From an uncultured virus (IMG/VR IMGVR_UViG_3300023175_001302) (taxonomy: Duplodnaviria; Heunggongvirae; Uroviricota; Caudoviricetes), in IMG/VR virus record IMGVR_UViG_3300023175_001302: a DNA stretch of 20,000 bases; one strand, written 5' to 3'. Below are positions 7,876-15,380 of the stretch, in pieces. Under the pieces are notes generated by a model. The model was not told the origin of the DNA, made no database searches, and saw only the letters and a list, made by a program, of their open reading frames with translations. The stretch's first letter is position 1. Every line of letters starts with the position of its first letter. Made by a program: the position numbers and the translations under genes.

Positions 7876-8990
7876 TATTCATTACCATTAAGTTCAGCGT
7901 TTTCATCAATAATTTCACCATTATCATCTACTTGTAGTGCTTCAAGGCCGTGCTTTTCAGCGTCAATATCTTCCATATTCCACTCTGCCATGATAACATC
8001 TAGTTTTTCATCAGTCCAATTTTTACGGAACTCAATCATTTCTTCACCAGATTTGGTCACATACTTTAGACGATTACCTTGCTTTACAAGCAGACCTTTT
8101 GCTTCAAAGAATTCAAGTAGACCTGAATAAGGAGACATACCTGTTTCATATGGGATTTCTACCTGTACACTTTCAAACGGCTTCGCATAACGTGTTTTCA
8201 TAATCTTACATGCCGCACGAATACCATGAACTTGTGATGTCTTGTTACCGTCTGCGTCTGTTTTCAGTTTCAACTTACGCATAGCGATAACAATACTTGA
8301 CGCATAGATAAAGCCTTGACCGCCTGAAATCTTATCATCTGGATCAAACATATCTTGTGACGCATATGTGTGATTAGTTGCTACCATACCTACGTTAAAA
8401 TCGCCAAACATATTCACACAGTTACGAACAAGTGCTGATAGTGCTTTAGGCTTACGACCCATATCACCTTTCATATCGCCTTTATTGAACTGGTCAACAT
8501 CTGTTGGTGTTAACATCATACCCAATGAGTCAAGTACGAATAGAACCTTAGGACGATCTTCTTCGTCTGCGTCACCATAATCAGAACGATACTCTTTCAT
8601 AAAGTCTGAAATGATTTTAGCAACATCATCAATCATTGCTACGTTTAGTTTTAGAAGTTTATCTTCGCTTGTATCTACACCAAGTGCTTCTAGCCAAGAG
8701 TTGTCTAGTGCATTTTCACTATCAATAAGAACTACATAGATACCCTGATCCTGTGCGTTCTTTACTACGTTACCTGACGCAATATAAGACTTACCAGCGC
8801 CGCTTTCGCCTGCTAGAACTGTTACTTTACCTAGCGGAATACCTTTGTGAAAATCACCTGAGATTAACTTGTTTAGACAGTAGTTACCTGTTGAAATCCA
8901 TGTGTCCGGGTCACGAAACCCAATTGACATACCTGGAACTGATTTTGTAATACTTTTACGAAATTTACTCGCATCAAATGCTTTTGCCAT
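7875..8990 (-). CDS. uvsX: UvsX / RecA-like recombinase
   Basis: WISTG, GIPLGKV, Walker A GESGAGKS, IDSENALD, Walker B LFVLDSLG, TNH and ISGG. Confidence 0.93.
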   Translation of the reverse strand: MAKAFDASKFRKSITKSVPGMSIGFRDPDTWISTGNYCLNKLISGDFHKGIPLGKVTVLAGESGAGKSYIASGNVVKNAQDQGIYVVLIDSENALDNSWLEALGVDTSEDKLLKLNVAMIDDVAKIISDFMKEYRSDYGDADEEDRPKVLFVLDSLGMMLTPTDVDQFNKGDMKGDMGRKPKALSALVRNCVNMFGDFNVGMVATNHTYASQDMFDPDDKISGGQGFIYASSIVIAMRKLKLKTDADGNKTSQVHGIRAACKIMKTRYAKPFESVQVEIPYETGMSPYSGLLEFFEAKGLLVKQGNRLKYVTKSGEEMIEFRKNWTDEKLDVIMAEWNMEDIDAEKHGLEALQVDDNGEIIDENAELNGNE

Positions 8991-9008
8991 AATCTACTCC
9001 ATGTTGTG

Positions 9009-9035
9009 AAAAAGAGAGGGCTAATAAAGCCCTCT
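9009..9035 (-). terminator. Terminator/attenuator hairpin between ssb and uvsX
   Basis: Minus strand AGAGGGCT-TTATT-AGCCCTCT-CTTTTT. Confidence 0.7.
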
Positions 9036-9050
9036 AAGTTAGTAAAATGA

Positions 9051-10064
9051 TTAGTCGCTCTTACGGGCACGAATCATTGCTAGAATATCTGAAGCATCCT
9101 TGCCAGCACTTGGAGACTCAGTTGTGACAGCTTCAGCTTCAGCTTCTTCATTTGATTTAAAAGGAATATCGTCTTCCTCTACTGCTGCTGGTGCTGGAGC
9201 AGGCTTTGGAGCCTGAGCAGGAGCAGCTTTTGGAGCTGATGAACCTGATGATGAATTAGTAGCTGCACCTTCAGGAACCTCAAGACCATATGGCTTATAG
9301 AAGTTACCCCAACGCTGTGGATCATATAATTCACCATCTACTGATGCTTCGAACATCTCCATGATTACATTTAATTCATCCTGTGAAGGACGCTTTGGCA
9401 TGAACTCATTCAAGTCAAACAAACCATGAGTTTCGATTGCCTGACGCTCTGCTTCATTTAGAGAACGCTCTTTACGTGCCCAATTTGAAGTAGAGTAATC
9501 TGCGTACTGACCTTTTTGCGTTTTTGTCAAACGGAAGTCTGTACCTGCATCGTAATCAGTTGGAAGATTTTCCATATCTGGATCCATCAACGCTGCTTTT
9601 AGCAGTTTGAAGATTTGTGGACCAATCACAAAACGACGGATTGGATTTTCTGGGGTTTCTTCGTTCATCGGGTCAGTTACTACAAACCCTTGGAAGATGT
9701 ATGAACGCTTTTTCCAATACTTACGACCAAGTTCTTCCATTGCTGGATCTTTGAACCAAGGACGAATTTCAGCATGTACTGGACATGTATCGCCCCACAT
9801 TTCAATACATGGGACCTGAACAGTAACTGGTTTCTGTTCGCCACCTACAACACCTGCGAAAGGCATTTTGATGACCTGACGTTCACGCCAGAAGAATACG
9901 TTACTTGAGTCTGCGTCTGGTAAGAAGCGAATAACCGCAGTACTATCATTATCCATATTCCAGAATGGATAGATTGCGTCTGTACCACGATTTTGATTAG
10001 AATTAGTTTCTGCTTTGTTTTCTTGTGCCAGCAGTTTTGCACGGATTTCTGCTAAAGTTGCCAT
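9051..10064 (-). CDS. gp32: T4 gp32-like single-stranded DNA-binding protein
   Basis: AVIRFLP, PCIEMWGDTCPV, KYWKKRSY, IGPQIFK, GTDFRLTK and YADYSTS, followed by a low-complexity Ala/Pro/acidic tail. Confidence 0.9.
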   Translation of the reverse strand: MATLAEIRAKLLAQENKAETNSNQNRGTDAIYPFWNMDNDSTAVIRFLPDADSSNVFFWRERQVIKMPFAGVVGGEQKPVTVQVPCIEMWGDTCPVHAEIRPWFKDPAMEELGRKYWKKRSYIFQGFVVTDPMNEETPENPIRRFVIGPQIFKLLKAALMDPDMENLPTDYDAGTDFRLTKTQKGQYADYSTSNWARKERSLNEAERQAIETHGLFDLNEFMPKRPSQDELNVIMEMFEASVDGELYDPQRWGNFYKPYGLEVPEGAATNSSSGSSAPKAAPAQAPKPAPAPAAVEEDDIPFKSNEEAEAEAVTTESPSAGKDASDILAMIRARKSD

Positions 10065-10074
10065 AATGTTTACT

Positions 10075-10110
10075 CCTATATTAGCCTATATTAGTTTTTG
10101 TATTAGCCTA
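10075..10110 (-). repeat. Short direct repeats in the ssb leader
   Basis: CCTATATTAG twice in tandem (10075-10094), and TATTAGCCTA at 10079-10088 and 10101-10110. The repeats abut the AGGAG SD. Confidence 0.75.
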
Positions 10111-10136
10111 GATGTACTACCTCTCTAAGTTAATAG

Positions 10137-10169
10137 ATTGATAATAACAGTTTTATTTATCAATGTCAA
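10137..10169 (-). promoter_or_regulatory. ssb promoter: sigma70 type with nested ATAAATA late-type motif
   Basis: TTGACA (10169-10164), 17 nt TTGATAAATAAAACTGT, TATTAT (10146-10141). Near-perfect inverted repeat across 10137-10164. Confidence 0.75.
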
Positions 10170-10172
10170 GCG

Positions 10173-10200
10173 AAAAAGGGAGCCTAAGCTCCCTTTTTTT
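10173..10200. terminator. Intrinsic terminator (bidirectional form) after the 476-aa gene
   Basis: AAAAAGGGAGC-CTAA-GCTCCCTTTTT perfect hairpin with T-runs on both strands. Confidence 0.85.
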
Positions 10201-10220
10201 GTAAAAATATTTTTGTGATT

Positions 10221-11651
10221 TTAGTCTAAATCAAATCTTGAAAATGCTTCACTCAGCATTTCATCAATACGCTCATCTGCTGATTTAGCATCTTCTTCTT
10301 TCTGTACTTTCGAAAGTTTTAAAAGATAACCTGCTAGTTGAATTTTATCTTTTCCTACACCTTTAGGATTTTTACGTATTTCTTCCGCAACATCAGATAA
10401 GAAGTTAGATAATTCTGCTGCTCTATCGTGTCCTTTATTTTTACGTTTCTTATCATCAGACGCATCAACATCTACACGATGTGCGATATCGTCTAATTCT
10501 AACGCAATCATATCCATTTTACGCTCTGCTGCGTTTTCTTTGTCAGAAGGTTCACTATATTGCTTTTTAATTTTATCAAAGTCGTAACCATCTTGTCTTG
10601 CTGGGAAATAGATACGATTAAGATTTTCACCTGTCTTTTTATCTTTACCCATAATGATTGATTTAACACGTTCAACTTGGTTAGCACGGTTGTTTTCCAT
10701 TTCTTCTTCATTTACACGATGAACAAGTGGCAGAATGTCTTTTAATGATTCTTCAAATGTTGACTTTGTGAATTTTGCTACGTAATCATTTACAGTTTCT
10801 TCTGTAATTTCTGCTTCTTCTGACTTTTCATTTAGAGCCATTGATTCAACAAATGATGTATAACCTTTTGCAGTTTGAATACGTTTGATTGACTCTTTGA
10901 TGCTTTCCATCTTTTGCTTTACGTTAGCAACGATTGAACGATTGTTTTCATTTACAAGTCCTTGCTTGTTTACAACGTTCATAAATTCTTTTAGTTTTGA
11001 TAGATTTGACGAATGTTCAACAATCGCTTCGCCAACCATATCACTTGGAACACCACCGCTTGCCACATGTCTAGCCATTGCTCTCGCACCATTAAGATGC
11101 TTGTATGGATACTTAAAACGTTCACCGTCGGCATTCTCAATAAAGATTGATGAAATGTTACGAGAACGTGCACCACGCTGTTCTTCATTAACTGGCGCTT
11201 TATGTTTTACGATAAGTCTTACATTTTCTAGTGTTTGGCGACTTGTACGTGATGAGCCTTCTAATGGATCAAATCCCTCGAATACATCAGCCATAGTCTC
11301 CTCCTTGTTTTGTTCTACTTTGTATGCATAATTTTTTGGCTCAATATGTTTACCAAATGTTCTAATATCGAAATCTAACATATATTCACGTGAAATATTT
11401 TTTAGTGATTTCATTATAGTGTGAACTTGTGAGTTATCAATATCAACTTGTTCACCTAGATGATATTTAATTTCTTTACTGTCTTCATCAATTTGAACCA
11501 TGATGTTTGGTTCTTTGACATAGAAAAATCTAGCTTCTGTTGGGTCTGCTACACTTTTTCCATCTTGTGATGAAAACATACTAGGCTGTAACCCATTACC
11601 CTGAATTACACGCATTACTTTTTCTGATATGTTACTAAAATTTACAGCCAT
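10221..11651 (-). CDS. Hypothetical 476-aa protein, possibly a head-internal/virion protein
   Basis: Long ORF with AAGGA SD and an upstream ATAAATA motif. Charged helical composition with many hydrophobic-x-E motifs; function inferred only. Confidence 0.7.
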   Translation of the reverse strand: MAVNFSNISEKVMRVIQGNGLQPSMFSSQDGKSVADPTEARFFYVKEPNIMVQIDEDSKEIKYHLGEQVDIDNSQVHTIMKSLKNISREYMLDFDIRTFGKHIEPKNYAYKVEQNKEETMADVFEGFDPLEGSSRTSRQTLENVRLIVKHKAPVNEEQRGARSRNISSIFIENADGERFKYPYKHLNGARAMARHVASGGVPSDMVGEAIVEHSSNLSKLKEFMNVVNKQGLVNENNRSIVANVKQKMESIKESIKRIQTAKGYTSFVESMALNEKSEEAEITEETVNDYVAKFTKSTFEESLKDILPLVHRVNEEEMENNRANQVERVKSIIMGKDKKTGENLNRIYFPARQDGYDFDKIKKQYSEPSDKENAAERKMDMIALELDDIAHRVDVDASDDKKRKNKGHDRAAELSNFLSDVAEEIRKNPKGVGKDKIQLAGYLLKLSKVQKEEDAKSADERIDEMLSEAFSRFDLD

Positions 11652-11669
11652 GTTTAATTTCCTTTATAG

Positions 11670-11677
11670 TATTTATC
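11670..11677 (-). promoter_or_regulatory. Putative late promoter GATAAATA
   Basis: Resembles the T4 late promoter TATAAATA; lies in the short intergenic region about 20 nt before the ATG. The same core recurs at 10154, 14210 and 17481. Confidence 0.55.
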
Positions 11678-11684
11678 AAAACTA

Positions 11685-13244
11685 TTAAAATATAACTGGC
11701 AAGGGATCCAAGTCGTAGTCGTCTCCATCTAAACTTTCCCCTAATATACTTTCATATTGTTCATCAAAACGTGAAATTACTTGTATTTGTCTGACACATA
11801 GAAGTGTCGCTGAAACTAAATCGTCTGTTTCTCCTAATTTTGCCTCATATGATTTTCCTTTGGCAACAAATGTTTTCAACTCTCGTATCAAGTTTTTACT
11901 AAGTGGATGCATTTTGTCGCTTTCAATCCAAGACTTCAACTTCATACATGCTGTAATCTTTGTCTTATATGTAGTTGTGAAACCTTTACGAATAGAACGT
12001 TGTACTCCACGTTTCTTTGGTTCATGTAAAAACTCACCTGGGAACTTATCTTCATCCATTTCATCAATAACGATAAGTGCTGCTTCTCCTAGTGTATTGT
12101 TTTCAACTGACCAATATAGTTCTGGTTGCCTATTACCAAGTTCTAATTGCTCATCTTTAATTACATGTAAAATTTCATTTAATATTCTAACTTGTCCACG
12201 TATATCTGTTTTATTATGCTGCCATTCTGCGACTTGCTTAAGCTCTGGTAGGCTCCAAACTTCTATCGCTGCGTTATCACCACCTGTACCCATAGCAGGA
12301 TCAAGACCTACAACATAAGTAGAATCCTTTTTAATAGGTTCATACCATCTTATCTGCCCAGTTTTTTGCTGTGGTTCTTTTCCTTTTAACTGTGAAAGTT
12401 TTATACTGTCTACTAGTGTTTCGTCAAATGCTACGAACTTACATTCATGCTCTCGCATAAATCGTTCTGCTCCAACTCTACCACGTTCTTCGCCTGCCCA
12501 TTTATCATCACGGTCTGGATGTTCACTCCATATAGCCATATATGGTCTAAAGCCGTTAACACCCACTTCTGTTTCGTTACCATATTCATCTATCTTTTTG
12601 TTTGCGCCTTGCCAGATAAGAGCAAACTGGTCATCATCTAAGTTAGGCGTACTTGTGATAATCGCTTTACCACCTGTAGCAAGTGTAGGAGAGATTGAAG
12701 TCCAGAATTCTTTCGCAATAGTAGGTCTAACGAATGCAAATTCATCTGCATATAACAGTGAGATAGAAAGACCACGACCTGTGTTTTCTGTTGTAGCTTG
12801 AGCAATGATACGAGAACCATTATCAAAATCAATTGAACCTTTGTTATATGATGTGACACCACAGCGTATGTGGTCAGGACACATTTCATACGCATATCTA
12901 ATACGGTGCATAATTTCTTGTGCACCAGAATACTTATGTGCTGCTATAAGAATAGTTTGGTCTGGAATAAACATACCGTACCACAGCAAATACCCGGCAG
13001 CTGTAGTAGATTTACCCATTTGCCTGCCGAGCATTGATATAGAATATCTATAATTGTGATAAGAGTTTACAAGTTCATCCTGATAATTATATGCTTTGTA
13101 TATCATACTACCCTTTGTAGGGTGTTGAATTGTAAAGTATTCATTTAGAAAATAATAAGGATCATCTATACATTTACTAAATTCAAGTAATTGTTCATCT
13201 GTATACTCTGTTTTGCTGTACGCACGTTTAGTTAAGTCAGCCAT
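11685..13244 (-). CDS. terL: Terminase large subunit (T4 gp17-like)
   Basis: DDPYYF, YNYQ, Walker A GRQMGKST, Walker B LLYADEFAF, coupling motif ITSTPN, nuclease VVGLDPAMGTGGD and terminal DDLV. Confidence 0.95.
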   Translation of the reverse strand: MADLTKRAYSKTEYTDEQLLEFSKCIDDPYYFLNEYFTIQHPTKGSMIYKAYNYQDELVNSYHNYRYSISMLGRQMGKSTTAAGYLLWYGMFIPDQTILIAAHKYSGAQEIMHRIRYAYEMCPDHIRCGVTSYNKGSIDFDNGSRIIAQATTENTGRGLSISLLYADEFAFVRPTIAKEFWTSISPTLATGGKAIITSTPNLDDDQFALIWQGANKKIDEYGNETEVGVNGFRPYMAIWSEHPDRDDKWAGEERGRVGAERFMREHECKFVAFDETLVDSIKLSQLKGKEPQQKTGQIRWYEPIKKDSTYVVGLDPAMGTGGDNAAIEVWSLPELKQVAEWQHNKTDIRGQVRILNEILHVIKDEQLELGNRQPELYWSVENNTLGEAALIVIDEMDEDKFPGEFLHEPKKRGVQRSIRKGFTTTYKTKITACMKLKSWIESDKMHPLSKNLIRELKTFVAKGKSYEAKLGETDDLVSATLLCVRQIQVISRFDEQYESILGESLDGDDYDLDPLPVIF

Positions 13245-14161
13245 TATTCTTCAGTAGAAGTATCCTCTTCGGTACTTTCTTCAGTTGCTTCTTGTTTTGG
13301 TAACAAATTCATATATTCAGTATTGAATACATCTTTCTTACCATAGATACGGTCAGTAGTTTCATCAGCAAACTTAAAGTACTTGTCTGCCATTTCATCT
13401 AAGAATTCTTCTAAATGATTTGAATGTGGAATGTTTCCTTTTGAGATCCCGTCATTCACAAACTTAATGTATCCACTTACTTCTGTAAGACCTACTTGTG
13501 GGTGTACACCGTATTGCTGCATATATTCAATTGTGGCTGTAGAAGCACGACCGCCATCCATTAGATTACGATACATCAATTCAAAGCCTCTACGAACATG
13601 GTGGCGTTTTTCTTCACGTTCAAAGTCTTCTTCATCCCAATCATCTACGCCGTGTTTTTCTTTTAGACTCTCATAACTGTCAATCAGCGTAGCAATATCC
13701 TTGAAGGAACCGTTGATTTTACTTTCAAGTGTACTAATACTTACAAATGCTAGTCTTAGCTGCGCTTGTAATACATGATCATCTGGATCAGCATCAGCTT
13801 GCTCTTGTAGACGCTCAATCTTTTTAAGTTGTTTAGCATGTGAAACTTGTGCTTCTGCTAATGCCATCTTACGCTTTTCAACCTCAGCCATTACCTGACG
13901 CATCATACGCATTGGTGATTGACCATTAAGCATAGTAATACTCATCATGCTTAGTGTTGTTTGTGAATTGTTTCTATCAAAGAAGCGTGTCTTTGCTTCA
14001 ATCTCAGGTAACCCTGCGTTTACTTTTGCTACTGCTGTTGAATTAATAACATCTTTTGTTACAGTAGGCATATTAAATGTAACTACGTTTTCGGCATTTA
14101 CAATTTGTGTGGTTTGTTGTGTTTCAGCACTTAATTGTGTTGATTTATCTTCTTCGCTCAT
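13244..14161 (-). CDS. Hypothetical coiled-coil protein (about 305 aa)
   Basis: Likely start MSEEDK (ATG at 14161 with GGAG SD) rather than 14173. Heptad-rich middle; TAATG overlap with terL. Confidence 0.75.
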   Translation of the reverse strand: MSEEDKSTQLSAETQQTTQIVNAENVVTFNMPTVTKDVINSTAVAKVNAGLPEIEAKTRFFDRNNSQTTLSMMSITMLNGQSPMRMMRQVMAEVEKRKMALAEAQVSHAKQLKKIERLQEQADADPDDHVLQAQLRLAFVSISTLESKINGSFKDIATLIDSYESLKEKHGVDDWDEEDFEREEKRHHVRRGFELMYRNLMDGGRASTATIEYMQQYGVHPQVGLTEVSGYIKFVNDGISKGNIPHSNHLEEFLDEMADKYFKFADETTDRIYGKKDVFNTEYMNLLPKQEATEESTEEDTSTEE

Positions 14162-14179
14162 TAATGACTCCATGGTGGA

Positions 14180-14229
14180 AAATAAGTTATATTAACTTCT
14201 AATATAACTTATTTATGCTTAAATGTCAA
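14180..14229 (-). promoter_or_regulatory. sigma70 promoter with nested CATAAATA, overlapping a perfect 15-bp inverted repeat
   Basis: TTGACA (14229-14224), 17 nt, TATATT (14206-14201). Inverted repeat AAATAAGTTATATTA (14180-14194) / TAATATAACTTATTT (14200-14214). Confidence 0.7.
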
Positions 14230-14238
14230 GTTGTTTTA

Positions 14239-15378
14239 TTATGCGTTACCTGATGTTGCTCCTGCACGTTCACGTGCTTGTGTTAAGTCTCCAATATCTG
14301 TTGTATTACCTAGCGTTTGTATTGTAAATCTATGAATATCTTGCCCATATGTAGTTTGTGTAGGTTTACCACTAGTAAATACACCATATGTATCATTTGA
14401 TGTTCCTGTGTGTTGAATAAGTCCAGTAGGTCCTATCAAATCACCAAAATCTGTAGCATGTCCCGGTGATGCTATAGTAACATAGTCCATTCTATTCAAG
14501 TAACCGGCAGAAGTCGATGTTCCACCGGAAAATACACCTCGAGTTTCATCTGCTAGTGCTGCTATATGTCTTCTGGCTATAGTTAAATCACCAAAGTCTT
14601 GTGAGTTTCCAGCTGATGCGATTGTTAAATAGTCTATTGTATCTTCATAGACAAAATTTGAAATGGCTCCACCACCGTATAGACCATAAGTACCATCTCC
14701 GCATCCGCCATCTCCATGGCCTCTAGCTACAGTTAGATCACCATGATCAACTGCATGTGCGGCTGTAGCAAATGTTATTTGGTCATTTTGAAGTACCCAG
14801 CTGGTACCACCTTCATCTCCGCCCATTATAACACCATATGTGCCATCACTTGCAGAACCTGGCTCTATACGTTGAGTGGATAAGTATCTACTAACCCCAC
14901 CATCTAAATGTCTAGCAAACTCAACTGCAGATCCGGTTGTAGAAATATTTGCAACAAATACGGAAGTTCCACCACCACCTGCAATATATGCATATGTACC
15001 GTCAGACATTGCGGTCATACCAGTTCTAACGATTGGCAGTTCGCCCCAATCAGTAGCAGTCCCACCAGTATTGATATCAAAATAATCTATGGTTTTATAC
15101 GTAGACACCCCGCTACCACCAGCAACTAAAGCCCTATCGCCGTACCAGTTAACGGCTGGAACATTAGCCGCTGCAATATGCGATAAGTCATCGCTCAAAT
15201 CACCAACATCTACGGGTACATCACTAACCTTAGCGATAGGAATCCCACCAGGAGTTTCGCCATCGTGTAAAATAATTCTATTGTTTGTGATGTCAACAGT
15301 AATTTCTGCTAACTCACCAGTAAATGCTGAGTGGTCTGTAGCTGTACCTCTACGAAATTGAATTGAATATGATGGCAT
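14239..15378 (-). CDS. Tail fibre/adhesin-like protein: Mtd-like N-terminal module plus six-repeat propeller
   Basis: IQFRRGTAT.H..FTG..AEITVD...IILHDG.TPGG N-terminus; about six repeats of roughly 48 aa ending (I/M)DYxTIAsxGnaxDFGDL. Confidence 0.7.
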   Translation of the reverse strand: MPSYSIQFRRGTATDHSAFTGELAEITVDITNNRIILHDGETPGGIPIAKVSDVPVDVGDLSDDLSHIAAANVPAVNWYGDRALVAGGSGVSTYKTIDYFDINTGGTATDWGELPIVRTGMTAMSDGTYAYIAGGGGTSVFVANISTTGSAVEFARHLDGGVSRYLSTQRIEPGSASDGTYGVIMGGDEGGTSWVLQNDQITFATAAHAVDHGDLTVARGHGDGGCGDGTYGLYGGGAISNFVYEDTIDYLTIASAGNSQDFGDLTIARRHIAALADETRGVFSGGTSTSAGYLNRMDYVTIASPGHATDFGDLIGPTGLIQHTGTSNDTYGVFTSGKPTQTTYGQDIHRFTIQTLGNTTDIGDLTQARERAGATSGNA

Positions 15379-15380
15379 CT

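Noticed and set aside
3214..13244. Introns, inteins or homing endonucleases in nrdA, nrdB, uvsX or terL
   Set aside because: All are uninterrupted, of normal length, and lack intein or endonuclease motifs.
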